A stretch of 64,000 bases of DNA from Actinomycetota bacterium (GTDB taxonomy: Bacteria > Actinomycetota > UBA4738), in contig DAIUAM010000004.1 in assembly GCA_036847185.1 (NCBI GenBank), forward strand, positions 24,861 through 88,860, read 5' to 3'. The position numbers and the translations under genes are program-made. Positions 45,537 through 54,802 of this stretch are shown here, piece by piece. The notes beneath the pieces were generated by a model. It saw only the letters and a program-made list of their open reading frames with translations. It had not been told where the DNA came from and did not search any database. Each line of letters begins with the position of its first letter. Position 1 is the stretch's first letter.

Positions 45537-47711
45537 GTGGGGCTGCAGACGGACAATCGACCCGTGATGTCCGCCCGGCTGGCAAAGCGCGTGACCTGGA
45601 CCGTGTGGGGGGTGGCGTTCGCCCTGCTGGCGGCTGGGGTCGGGCTCACCGTGGCGAACCGCTCGACCATCGACGTCAACACCGGATTCCTCTACGCGGT
45701 GATGTGGCTGTCTGCGGCCGCCTACTCCACGGTCGGCGGCCTCATCGCCCGGCGGCAGCGTTCGAACCCCATCGGCTGGCTGTTCTGCTTCATGGCGGTG
45801 GCCTTCGCGATGATCCCCCTCTCGCAGGAGTACGCCATCCGGGGCCGATTCCTCGTGCCGGGTTCGCTCCCCGCTCCGAACTGGTTCGGGTTCGCCCAGA
45901 ACTGGCTGTTCCTGTCGCTGTTCGGGCCGATCGCCCTGGTGTTCCTGCTGTTCCCGAACGGCACGCCGCTGTCGCGGAGGTGGCGGGTCGTGGTGTGGGC
46001 GGCGGCCGCCTCCGGCGCACTGGCGCCGCTGATCGAGTTCGTCGCCCCCGACACGTCCAGCGGGACCGGTGGCAACCGGCTGCTGCTCCATGGGGGCCTC
46101 GTCCCCAACCCCATCCGGATCGGGTGGTTGTCGCCGAACGGGAACGCGGCCGGGCTGGCGCTGCTGGTGTTGTTCGCGGCGTGCATCGCGGCCGCGGCCT
46201 CCGTCGTCCTGCGCCTGCGCCGCTCGAAGGGCGTCGAACGCCAGCAGGTCCGGTGGCTGGCCTACACAGGCGCCGCCGCGGTGCTGTTGATCCCCGTGCT
46301 TCCGCTCGGCGTGGCGCTGAATAACAACACCATCCTGGGGGATCTCTTCTGGTACGGGATCATCTCCGTCCTGGCACTGGGGATCCCTCTTGCCTCGGGG
46401 GTCGCGGTCCTGAAGTACCGGCTGTACGACCTCGACGTCGTCGTCAAGAAGACGGTCGTCATCGGCGTGCTCGGCGCGTTCGCCACGCTCGTGTATCTGG
46501 CCGTGGTCGTCGGGATCGGGGCGGCGGTGGGGAGCCGGAGCAACGGTGCCCTGACCCTGGCCGCGGCGGCCATCGTGGCCATCGCCTTCCAGCCGCTGCG
46601 GTCCCGGGCCCGCCGGTTCGCCGACCGGGTGGTCTATGGCGAGCGGGCCACGCCCTACGAGGTGCTGTCCGAGTTCTCCGACCGCATCTCGGCGAGCTAC
46701 TCGACGGACGACGTCCTGCCCCGGATGGCGGAGATGGTGGGGCGGGGGACCGGCGCCGAGCGGGCCACCGTCTGGCTCCGGATCGGGTCGGAGGTCCGGC
46801 TGGCCGCGGCATGGCCCAGGCTGGAGGACCAGGAGCCGGCGGTGGCGGCGGCTTCGGGGGAAATCGAACCGCTCGCCGGGGACGGCACGACCTTCCCCGT
46901 CCGCCACCGCGGCGAGCTGCTGGGGGCTCTGGGGGTGACCATGCGGCCCGCCGAGCCGATGACCCCGACCCAGGAGCGCCTGATCGGCGACCTCGCCGCC
47001 CAGGCCGGCCTGATCCTTCGCAACGTCCGGCTGATCGAGGAGCTCCGGGCTTCGCGGCAACGCCTGGTCGCGGCCCAGGACGCGGAGCGCCGCCGGCTGG
47101 AGCGGAACCTCCACGACGGAGCGCAGCAGCAGTTCGTGGCCCTGCGGGTGCAGCTCGGTCTGGCCCAGCGGCTGGCCGGGAAGGATGCCCCGGAGGTGGC
47201 CGAGCTCCTGGAACGGCTGCAGGCCCAGGCGGGAGAGGCACTGGACGACCTGCGCGACCTGGCTCGGGGGATCTACCCGCCGCTCTTGGCCGACCAGGGA
47301 CTCACCGCCGCCCTCTCGGCGCAGGCGTCGAAGGCGGCGGTGCCGGTGCAGGTCGACGTCGATGGCATCGGCCGCTATCCGCAGGAGACGGAGGCGGCAG
47401 TCTACTTCTGCGTCCTGGAAGCGCTGCAGAACGTGGCGAAGTACGCCGGCGCCAGCAGGGCTCAAGTTCGTCTCCGGGCGGTCGACCGCGAGCTCGCCTT
47501 CGAAGTCGTCGACGACGGGAAGGGGTTCGACCCGGAGGGCCGGCCCCTGGGCTCGGGACTGCAAGGGATGGCGGACCGGCTGGATGCGCTCGGCGGCGGG
47601 CTGGAGGTCCGCTCGGCGCCCGGGCGCGGGACCACCATCGCGGGCCGGCTTCCCTTGCCCCTGTCGCCGGCACCCGCCCACGCTCCCGCCGACGCGCTAT
47701 CGTCCCCCTGA
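45537..47711 (+). CDS. Sensor histidine kinase (NarL/HisKA_3 type) with an N-terminal multi-TM sensor domain and a GAF-like region.
   Basis: There are about 8 to 10 hydrophobic helices in the first 330 aa. ...LVAAQDAERRRLERNLHDGAQQ is the HisKA_3 H-box. ...CVLEALQNVAKYAGAS and ...DDGKGFD...GSGLQGMADRLDALGG... form HATPase_c. No response regulator gene is adjacent. Confidence 0.85.
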   Translation: MGLQTDNRPVMSARLAKRVTWTVWGVAFALLAAGVGLTVANRSTIDVNTGFLYAVMWLSAAAYSTVGGLIARRQRSNPIGWLFCFMAVAFAMIPLSQEYAIRGRFLVPGSLPAPNWFGFAQNWLFLSLFGPIALVFLLFPNGTPLSRRWRVVVWAAAASGALAPLIEFVAPDTSSGTGGNRLLLHGGLVPNPIRIGWLSPNGNAAGLALLVLFAACIAAAASVVLRLRRSKGVERQQVRWLAYTGAAAVLLIPVLPLGVALNNNTILGDLFWYGIISVLALGIPLASGVAVLKYRLYDLDVVVKKTVVIGVLGAFATLVYLAVVVGIGAAVGSRSNGALTLAAAAIVAIAFQPLRSRARRFADRVVYGERATPYEVLSEFSDRISASYSTDDVLPRMAEMVGRGTGAERATVWLRIGSEVRLAAAWPRLEDQEPAVAAASGEIEPLAGDGTTFPVRHRGELLGALGVTMRPAEPMTPTQERLIGDLAAQAGLILRNVRLIEELRASRQRLVAAQDAERRRLERNLHDGAQQQFVALRVQLGLAQRLAGKDAPEVAELLERLQAQAGEALDDLRDLARGIYPPLLADQGLTAALSAQASKAAVPVQVDVDGIGRYPQETEAAVYFCVLEALQNVAKYAGASRAQVRLRAVDRELAFEVVDDGKGFDPEGRPLGSGLQGMADRLDALGGGLEVRSAPGRGTTIAGRLPLPLSPAPAHAPADALSSP

Positions 47712-47736
47712 AGGATCCACCCCCCAAGGAGACGAG

Positions 47737-48903
47737 ATGACGGAAGACCGGTTCAGCCTGCCATCCGAACTGGAAGAGTTCCGGTTTCTGGTCCGCGAGA
47801 TCGTCGAGGAGCGCATCGGGCTCGCCAGAGCGGCCGAGATCGACGAGACCGACGAATTCCCGTGGGACGTCCACAAGACGTTCGTGGAGAACGAACTGAT
47901 GGCCGTCGGCTACCCCGAGGAGTTCGGCGGGTCCGGCGGGGGCTCGCTGACGTTCGCCGTGATGGTCGAAGAGATCTCCCGGGTGTCGGCGGGGTCCGCC
48001 CTGATCCCGCTGGTGTCGCGCTTGGGCGCCATCCCCATCATGCTCGCCGGCACCGATGCGCTGAAGGAGGAGCTGTTCGGCGGCATCTCCCGCGGTGAGC
48101 ACCAGATGTCCTACTGCCTCACCGAGCCCGGCAGCGGCTCCGACAGCGTGGCCATGAAGACCCGCGTAGAGAAGCTCCCCGGCGGCGGATACCGGTTGAA
48201 CGGGACGAAGCGCTTCATCACCGGCGCGGGGGTCAGCGACGCCTACACGGTCTTCGCGACCCGCGACCCCGAACTGAAGGCGAAGGGGATCTCCGCCTTC
48301 GTCGTCTACAGCGACGACCCCGGCGTCACGTTCGGCAAGCTCGAGCACAAGATGGGCATCCGCGGCTCACCCACCCGCGAGGTGTACTTCGACCATGCCG
48401 AGATCCCGGCCGATCGGCTGATCGGGCAGGAGGACGAAGGCTTCACGTACGCCATGCAGACACTGGACTATTCGCGACCGACGATCGGCGCGCAGGCCCT
48501 CGGGATCGCCCAGGGCGCGTTCGACTTCGCCGCCAGGTACGCCACCGAGCGGCAGCAGTTCGGCAAGCCGATCAGCTACTTCGAAGGCCTGCAGTTCATG
48601 CTGGCCGACATGGCCATGGAGATCGAAGCCGCCCGCCTGCTGGTCTACAAGGCGGCCAGCCTGGTCGAGGCCCACGACCCGAAGATGACGCTGTTCGCCT
48701 CCATCGCGAAGTGCTACGCCGGAGACACCGCCATGAAGGTCACCACCGACGCGGTACAGATCCTGGGCGGCTACGGGTACATGCAGGAGTACCCGGTCGA
48801 GCGGATGATGCGCGACGCGAAGATCACCCAGATCTACGAAGGGACGAACCAGATCCAGCGCGTGGTCATCGCCCGGAACATCTTGAAGTCGATCACCGGA
48901 TGA
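47737..48903 (+). CDS. Acyl-CoA dehydrogenase.
   Basis: Motifs: MSYCLTEPGSGSD, GTKRFITGAG, and the C-terminal QILGGYGYMQEYPVERMMRDAKITQIYEGTNQIQ. AAGGAG RBS. It is the 3' part of the long track ORF 47185..48903. Confidence 0.9.
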   Translation: MTEDRFSLPSELEEFRFLVREIVEERIGLARAAEIDETDEFPWDVHKTFVENELMAVGYPEEFGGSGGGSLTFAVMVEEISRVSAGSALIPLVSRLGAIPIMLAGTDALKEELFGGISRGEHQMSYCLTEPGSGSDSVAMKTRVEKLPGGGYRLNGTKRFITGAGVSDAYTVFATRDPELKAKGISAFVVYSDDPGVTFGKLEHKMGIRGSPTREVYFDHAEIPADRLIGQEDEGFTYAMQTLDYSRPTIGAQALGIAQGAFDFAARYATERQQFGKPISYFEGLQFMLADMAMEIEAARLLVYKAASLVEAHDPKMTLFASIAKCYAGDTAMKVTTDAVQILGGYGYMQEYPVERMMRDAKITQIYEGTNQIQRVVIARNILKSITG

Positions 48904-49472
48904 GCCCGGACGACGAGCGGCGCCTGCCATGGGGGCTGTGGTACCAGCCCCCGGAGCAGACCGAGTGGGACCTCAAGCCCCGGCCCCCCTCCGCGTCGGC
49001 GGTCATCCTGTCCGAGCCGATCGGCGTGGCCGGGGCGAACCTCCTCGGCAACGTCCACGGCGGGACCGTGATGAAGCTGGTCGACACCGCGGGGGGACTG
49101 GCGGCCATGAAGCACTGCGGCGGGCCGGTGGTGACGGCCGCGCTCGACGAGATGACGTTCCTGGAGCCCGTCTTCGTCGGCGAGCTGGTGACCGTGAAGG
49201 CGATGGTCAACGACACCGGCCGGACCTCGCTGGAGGTCGGCGTCCGTGTGGAGGCCGAGAACCTTCGAACCGGCCGCACCGTCCACACCTCCAGCGCGTA
49301 CCTCGTCTACGTGGCGCTCGACCGGGACGGCCGGCCGAGGCCCGTCCCGCCGGTCGTTGCCGAGGACGACGAACAGCGCCGGCGCCAGCGCGAGGCGAAG
49401 CTCCGCAGGGAGGCCAGCCTGGCCAGGAAGCGGGCCATCCTGCAAGCACGCCGAGCCAAGGGCGAGGGCTGA
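48900..49472 (+). CDS. Acyl-CoA thioesterase (hotdog fold, YciA/Acot-like).
   Basis: NLLGNVHGGTVMKLVDTAGGLAAMKHCGGPVVTAALDEMTFLEPVFVGELVTVKAMVNDTGRTSLEVGVRVEAE matches the hotdog thioesterase core. The ATGA overlap with the upstream dehydrogenase indicates coupling. Confidence 0.75.
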   Translation: MSPDDERRLPWGLWYQPPEQTEWDLKPRPPSASAVILSEPIGVAGANLLGNVHGGTVMKLVDTAGGLAAMKHCGGPVVTAALDEMTFLEPVFVGELVTVKAMVNDTGRTSLEVGVRVEAENLRTGRTVHTSSAYLVYVALDRDGRPRPVPPVVAEDDEQRRRQREAKLRREASLARKRAILQARRAKGEG

Positions 49473-49557
49473 CCCGACCACCAGGTCCGGCAACTGTCTC
49501 CGTCATTGCGCGTGCCCAGGTTGGAATATTTCGCGTCGCTAATTAGTCTTACGAAGT

Positions 49558-50037
49558 ATGGGAGATGTGAGGACCGACCTGGGCATCGAGACGCCCGAAG
49601 TGCGCGGAGACGAGCTGGTCCAGCTGGCCGCGCGGCTCCGCCTGGCCATCGTCCGGGCCAACCGCCGGCTCCGGCAGGAGGCCGACGTGGACGTGACGCC
49701 AACGCTCCTCTCAGCGCTGGCGACCGTGCAACGCCTGGGCCCGCTCACCCTCGGCGAGCTGGCCATCGCCGAGCACGTGCAGCCGCCCTCCATGACCCGC
49801 GTCGTGGCTCGTCTCGAGGAGGCGGGGTTGGTTCGCCGCCAGGCCGACCTCGCAGACCGACGGGTCTCCCGGGTCACGGCCACGACGCAGGGGAAGCAGC
49901 TGCTGGACAGGAGCCGCTCCCGCAAGACCGCCTTCCTGGCCCGCCGCATCCGGGACCTCTCGCCGGACGAACGCGACACGCTGGGGCGGGCCGCGGCGCT
50001 GATCGAGCGCCTGCTGGCCGAAGACGACCGCCTGTGA
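49558..50037 (+). CDS. MarR family transcriptional regulator.
   Basis: TPTLLSALATVQRLGPLTLGELAIAEHVQPPSMTRVVARLEEAGLVRRQADLADRRVSRVTATTQG is a winged HTH of the MarR type. Confidence 0.85.
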   Translation: MGDVRTDLGIETPEVRGDELVQLAARLRLAIVRANRRLRQEADVDVTPTLLSALATVQRLGPLTLGELAIAEHVQPPSMTRVVARLEEAGLVRRQADLADRRVSRVTATTQGKQLLDRSRSRKTAFLARRIRDLSPDERDTLGRAAALIERLLAEDDRL

Positions 50038-51443
50038 GCCGATTCCGCGCGGGCGCGACCCGGACGTTCAGCTCGCTCCGGATCAGGAACTACCGGCTGT
50101 ATTTCCTCGGCCAGATCGTCTCGCTCTCCGGAACTTGGATGCAATCGGTCGGCCAGGTCTGGCTCGTCCTGAAGCTGACCGGGTCCGGGGTCGACCTCGG
50201 CCTGGTGGTCGCCCTGCAGTTCCTGCCGGTGCTGCTCGGCGGCTCGTGGGGTGGGGTGATCGCCGACCGGGTCGACAAGCGGAAGCTCCTCATCGTCACC
50301 CAGACGGTCTCCGGCCTGTTCGCCCTGGCGCTCGGCGTGCTCACCGTGACGAACGTGGTCACGCTGTGGATGGTCTACGGGCTGGCCCTCGGCCTGGGGT
50401 GCGTGACCCTGGTGGACATGCCCGCCCGGCAGAGCTTCGTCATGGAGATGGTGGGCCGCAAGGACCTCGCGAACGCGGTCAGCCTGAACAGCGTGGTCGT
50501 GAACGCCGCCCGCGTGGTGGGCCCGGCCCTCGCCGGCCTGCTGATCGCCACCGTCGGCATCGGGATCTGCTTCCTCCTGAACGCCGTCTCCTACGTCGCT
50601 GTGGTGGTGGCGCTGGTCCGGATGCGGGCTGCCGAGCTCGACCGCGGGGCTCCGATCCCAAGGAAGAAGGGCCAGCTGCGGGAGGGGTTCCGGTACGTGT
50701 GGTCCAAGCCCGACCTGCGGGTCCCGCTGCTGCTGATGGCCGTGGTCGGGACCATTGCCTACAACTTCTCGGTCACCTTCCCGTTGATCGTGCACCGGGT
50801 CTTCCACGGAGGGGCGGGCGTGTACGGTGTGCTGTTCGCGGTCATGGGGACCGGCGCCGTGGCCGGTGGGCTGGTCGTGGCCGCCAAGGCTCGGGCGACC
50901 CGCGAGCTGCTGGCCGCCGCCACCGTCGGGTTCGGCCTGGCGATGTTCGCGGCCGCCTACATGCCGAGCCTGCCGCTGGAGATCGCGGTGATGCTTCCGG
51001 TCGGGGCCATGAGCACGACGTTCATCGCCACGTCGAACTCGCTGCTACAGCTCAGCGCCAGCCGGGAGATGCGGGGCCGGGTGATGGCCCTGTTCGCGAT
51101 CACGTTCCTGGGATCAACTCCCATCGGCGGCCCGTTCATCGGGTGGTTCGCGCAGGAGTTCGGGCCTCGCTCGGCGCTGGCGCTGGGGGCTGGGTCGACG
51201 CTCGCGGCCGGGCTCCTGGCGGCGAACACCCTCCGACGGGCCCGCCGCCGCGCTGCCCCTCGGCGTTTCCCACGAGGAGCGTGCGGTGGAGGAGCTGCGG
51301 GTCGGCCAGCTGTCAAGCGCGCCGGATCCCTCGGCCGGTACGGCCGCGACCGGTTCAGCCGGTCGAGACCTGACCGGGGGGCGAAGCGACGAACACCGGC
51401 GCGGACGTCGGCGCCGGGCTCCCGCCCGGTGGTTCCACGCTGA
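50034..51443 (+). CDS. MFS transporter (12-TM). It has a GTG start overlapping the marR stop (GTGA). It also carries an Arg-rich C-terminal tail of about 60 aa that overlaps the convergent anti-sigma gene by about 89 nt.
   Basis: LRIRNYRLYFLGQIVSLSGTWMQSVGQVWLVL and the following helices are typical of MFS_1 (EntS-like). There is no in-frame stop before 51443. Confidence 0.8.
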   Translation: MSRFRAGATRTFSSLRIRNYRLYFLGQIVSLSGTWMQSVGQVWLVLKLTGSGVDLGLVVALQFLPVLLGGSWGGVIADRVDKRKLLIVTQTVSGLFALALGVLTVTNVVTLWMVYGLALGLGCVTLVDMPARQSFVMEMVGRKDLANAVSLNSVVVNAARVVGPALAGLLIATVGIGICFLLNAVSYVAVVVALVRMRAAELDRGAPIPRKKGQLREGFRYVWSKPDLRVPLLLMAVVGTIAYNFSVTFPLIVHRVFHGGAGVYGVLFAVMGTGAVAGGLVVAAKARATRELLAAATVGFGLAMFAAAYMPSLPLEIAVMLPVGAMSTTFIATSNSLLQLSASREMRGRVMALFAITFLGSTPIGGPFIGWFAQEFGPRSALALGAGSTLAAGLLAANTLRRARRRAAPRRFPRGACGGGAAGRPAVKRAGSLGRYGRDRFSRSRPDRGAKRRTPARTSAPGSRPVVPR

Positions 51444-52083
51444 CCGCGAGCAGCGAGAACGACGGATCGATCGAGACCGGGCTCAGCACCCCTCCGCCCG
51501 TCGGTGAGAACGTCCCGGCCGGGTGCATGGGGCCGGTGCCTCCCGACTGGAACCACAGCTCGTAGACCTTGCCGTTCGGCGGGGCGGTGATGTTCGAACC
51601 GACGACCCAGGCCCGGCGGGTGCCCGGCGAGAACGCCACCGCGAGCGTCTGCCCGGCGGACGCCTTGAAGCTCACGACCCGGACGCCTCCAGGGCCGTTC
51701 GGCGCCAGCGCGTAGCCGACCGCACCGGCCACCAAAGCCAGGACGGCGGCGACCGCGGCGGCGGCCGCCCAGCGCCGAACCCGCCCGGTGGAGATGGATC
51801 GAACGGTCGCGGGCCCCGCTGGGACCACCCGGTCCACGCCGCGGGCGAGCTCGATGAGCCGATCCTCGGCTCCGGCCGAAAGCGGTAAGGGATCGGCAGC
51901 CATCGCCAGGCGGCCCGCGGTTTCGGCGTAGGCCATGATCAGGCGGCGGCAGTCGGCGCAGTCGGCGCCATGCCGGGCCATCTCCGCGATCATCCGCTCG
52001 TGGTCGGCCTCGGACAGGCCGTCCAGGGTGTCGGCCGCGATCAGTTCCTCCAGCTCGTCGTGAGGCAGCTCGACGGGGGTCAT
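51355..52083 (-). CDS. Anti-sigma factor (RskA-like: N-terminal zinc-binding anti-sigma domain, TM helix, extracytoplasmic C-terminal domain).
   Basis: ...HGADCADCRR is the HxxxCxxC zinc motif. WAAAAAVAAVLALVAGAVGYAL is the TM helix. ...KVYELWFQSGGTGPMHPAGTF is the RskA C-terminal motif. The ATGA overlap with the upstream sigma gene is consistent with a sigma/anti-sigma pair. Confidence 0.7.
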   Translation of the reverse strand: MTPVELPHDELEELIAADTLDGLSEADHERMIAEMARHGADCADCRRLIMAYAETAGRLAMAADPLPLSAGAEDRLIELARGVDRVVPAGPATVRSISTGRVRRWAAAAAVAAVLALVAGAVGYALAPNGPGGVRVVSFKASAGQTLAVAFSPGTRRAWVVGSNITAPPNGKVYELWFQSGGTGPMHPAGTFSPTGGGVLSPVSIDPSFSLLAVSVEPPGGSPAPTSAPVFVASPPGQVSTG

Positions 52084-52706
52084 CCGCTGGCCTCCAAGAG
52101 CATCGTGCGGAGCCGCCGCATCCCCAGGAGGGTCCGGCTCTTCACCGTCCCCAGGGGGAGATCGAGCTCCTCCGCGATCGTCGTCTGCGTCTTGCCTTCG
52201 AAATACATCATCTCGAGCACCCGGGCCTGCTCGACGGGGATGTCGCGGAGGGCCTCGCGGACCCGTTCGCGCGATTCGGCGAGATCGACCTCCTCGACCA
52301 CCGCCGCTCCGATATCCTCCACCACGCTCTCCATCCCCTGTTCTCTGCTCCGCCGGCGCTGGGCCTCCTCCCGCCGCACCAGGTCGACGGCCCGGTGGTG
52401 CACGGTCGACATCAGCCAGGCGCGGAAGCTGCCCCGTTCCTCTCGGTATTGGCCGGGGTCGCGCCACAACGCGAGGAACGCCTCCTGCACGATCTCCTCC
52501 GCCAGGAACTGTTGGCGGACCATCCGGAACGCCAGGCCCTTGGCGAGGGGTGCGTACCGGACGAACAGCGCCCGGTAGGCGGTCTCGTCGCCCCCGACCA
52601 CGCGCCGGACCAGGTCGCGATCGCGGGCATCCTCAAGGTCACGCACGATCACGCGCGGTCTCCCTCCGTGGTCGTGTGCTTCGAGGACCGATGCCTGGTG
52701 GTTCAC
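52080..52706 (-). CDS. ECF sigma factor (SigK-like), co-transcribed with its anti-sigma factor.
   Basis: Region 2 is ...EEIVQEAFLALWRDPGQY...RAWLMSTVHHRAVDLVRRE. Region 4 is ...ARVLEMMYFEGKTQTTIAEELDLPLGTVKSRTLLGMRRLRT. Confidence 0.8.
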   Translation of the reverse strand: MNHQASVLEAHDHGGRPRVIVRDLEDARDRDLVRRVVGGDETAYRALFVRYAPLAKGLAFRMVRQQFLAEEIVQEAFLALWRDPGQYREERGSFRAWLMSTVHHRAVDLVRREEAQRRRSREQGMESVVEDIGAAVVEEVDLAESRERVREALRDIPVEQARVLEMMYFEGKTQTTIAEELDLPLGTVKSRTLLGMRRLRTMLLEASG

Positions 52707-52816
52707 CCCTGCACGGCTCCTGCTCCCCTGCGTTCACCAGGCGTTCGCAGCGAAGTCGCCGCCGGATCACGGTCCGGACATCACACGAGTCCCATCGGAA
52801 GCGCCCCACGAAGCCC

Positions 52817-54754
52817 TCAGAGTCTCGCCCGGATGGCGCCCAGGGCGTCGGGGTTCTCCAGGCTGGACAGGTCGCCGGGCTCCTTGTCCAGGACGACGGC
52901 CCGGAGCGCCCGGCGGACGATCTTCGCGCTGCGCGTCTTCGGAAGCTCCTGGACGAAAACGACCCGGGACGGCTTGAACGACTTCCCCAGGCGATCGGCG
53001 ACCAGCCCGGTCAGCTCCCGTGCCAGCTCGTCCGTCTGTTCGACCCCGGGCCTGGTCACGACGAAGCACCATACGGCCTCGCCCTTCAGTTCGTCGGGGA
53101 TCCCGACCGCCGCGCTCTCGGCCACGGCGGGGTGGTCGGTCAGGGCGCTCTCCACCTCCGCCGGTCCCAGGCGCTTGCCGGCGATCTTCATCGTGTCGTC
53201 CGACCGGCCGTGCAGGAACCAGAACCCGTCCTCGTCGACCATGGCCCAGTCGCCGTGGACCCACACGTCCGGCCAGCGACTCCAGTAGGTGGCGATGTAC
53301 CGGTCCGGGTCTTTCCAGATGCCACGGGTCATGCCGGGCCAGGGTTTCTTGCAGACCAGCTCGCCGACCTCGCCGGGCCCGACCGGCGCGCCGTCGGCGT
53401 CCCACACGTCGATGTCCATCCCCAGCGCCGGCCCGCGCAGGGTGCAGGCTTTGAGCGACGTGATCGGCAGGGGCGAAAGGAAGCATGCGCCGACCTCTGT
53501 CCCGCCCGAGATGTTGATGATCGGGCAGCGGCCCCCGCCGACCTCGCGGAGGAACCACAGGTACGGCTCGGGGTTCCAGGGCTCACCGGTCGAACCGAGG
53601 ATGCGCAGGCTGCTCAAGTTGTGCCCGCGGACGGATTCGTCGCCTGAGGGGATCAGAGCGCGGATCAAGGTGGGGGAGATGCCCAGCACGTCGATCCGGT
53701 GGCGCTCGACCAGGTCCCACAGCCGGTCCGGCGGGTCGTTCGGCGCTCCGTCGAACAGGAAGACGGTCGCCCCCAATGCGGTGGCGCCGGTGATCTCCCA
53801 TGGCCCCATGATCCATCCGAGGTCGCTCACCCAGAACAGCGTCTCGTCCTGGTGGAGGTCGGTCTGGTAGGCGACCTCTTCGGCGATCTTCACCAGGAAC
53901 CCGCCGTGGACGTGGACCGAACCCTTCGGCCTCCCGGTGGTGCCGGAGGTGTAGGCGACGAACAGCGGGTGCTCGGGGTCGAGGTGGGCGGTGTCGAAGG
54001 GCGCCGCGGGTTGAGCGTCCAGCAGCTCCCCCCACCGCACGTCCCGGCCCTCCGTCCACGGAAGGCCGGTCCGGCCCAGCCGTTCCCACACCACGACGTG
54101 GCGGACGGAGGGCGCCGCGGCGACCGCTTCATCCGCCGTCTCCTTCATGGGGACGACCTTCCCCCGGCGCGTCGTGCCGTCGGCTGTGATGAGGACCGTG
54201 CAGCCGGCGTCCCGGAGCCGGGTGGCCACGGCGTCGGCCCCGTAGCCGGAGAACAGCGGAAGGTAGATCGCGCCGAGCTTCGCGCAGGCCAGCGTGGCGG
54301 CCACCGTCTCGGGCGCCATCGGCAGGAAGATGCCGATGGTGTCGCCGTCTTGGACGCCCAGCGAGCTCAGGCCGTGGGCCAGCCGGTCGGACATCTCGCG
54401 GAGCTCGGCGTAGGTGACGGCCCGCGAACCCGGCTCCTCGCCCTCCCACCGCACGGCGACGCGGTCCGGGGTGCGTTCGGCCCATCGGTCCACGCAGTTG
54501 TGGGCGAGATTGATCGAGCCTCCCCGGAACCACGTCGCCCAGGCGATCCCGCCAGAGGTGTCCAGGACCTGCGTGTAGGGCTCGTAGAACTCGAGGCCGA
54601 GGTCCTTCACCACCGCGTCCCAGAACCATTCCACGTCGGCCTGGGATCGCGCGACGAGCTCTTCGTAGCTGCCGATCCCGTTCGCGCGCATGAAACGGGT
54701 GACGTTCGCGCGCTCCACGTAATCTTCAGATGGACTCCATACGATCTCGCTCAC
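52817..54754 (-). CDS. AMP-forming acyl-CoA synthetase of the acetyl-/acetoacetyl-CoA synthetase subfamily (645 aa).
   Basis: YTSGTTGRPKG is the AMP-binding motif. WVSDLGWIMGP and ...DTMKIAGKRLGPAEVES... are present. The long N-terminal domain with ...WFRGGSINLAHNCVDRW is typical of Acs/acetoacetyl-CoA synthetase. Confidence 0.85.
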   Translation of the reverse strand: MSEIVWSPSEDYVERANVTRFMRANGIGSYEELVARSQADVEWFWDAVVKDLGLEFYEPYTQVLDTSGGIAWATWFRGGSINLAHNCVDRWAERTPDRVAVRWEGEEPGSRAVTYAELREMSDRLAHGLSSLGVQDGDTIGIFLPMAPETVAATLACAKLGAIYLPLFSGYGADAVATRLRDAGCTVLITADGTTRRGKVVPMKETADEAVAAAPSVRHVVVWERLGRTGLPWTEGRDVRWGELLDAQPAAPFDTAHLDPEHPLFVAYTSGTTGRPKGSVHVHGGFLVKIAEEVAYQTDLHQDETLFWVSDLGWIMGPWEITGATALGATVFLFDGAPNDPPDRLWDLVERHRIDVLGISPTLIRALIPSGDESVRGHNLSSLRILGSTGEPWNPEPYLWFLREVGGGRCPIINISGGTEVGACFLSPLPITSLKACTLRGPALGMDIDVWDADGAPVGPGEVGELVCKKPWPGMTRGIWKDPDRYIATYWSRWPDVWVHGDWAMVDEDGFWFLHGRSDDTMKIAGKRLGPAEVESALTDHPAVAESAAVGIPDELKGEAVWCFVVTRPGVEQTDELARELTGLVADRLGKSFKPSRVVFVQELPKTRSAKIVRRALRAVVLDKEPGDLSSLENPDALGAIRARL

Positions 54755-54802
54755 CGCGTCGACGACTCCTCATGCGTGCCCTGTAGGCTCACCGGAAGAC
54801 TA

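Noticed and set aside
53699-54802. 5' part of the 815-aa ORF 53699..56146
   Set aside because: It is antisense to the acetoacetyl-CoA-synthetase-like gene. The LCP protein begins at the ATG at 54803 with a signal-anchor.
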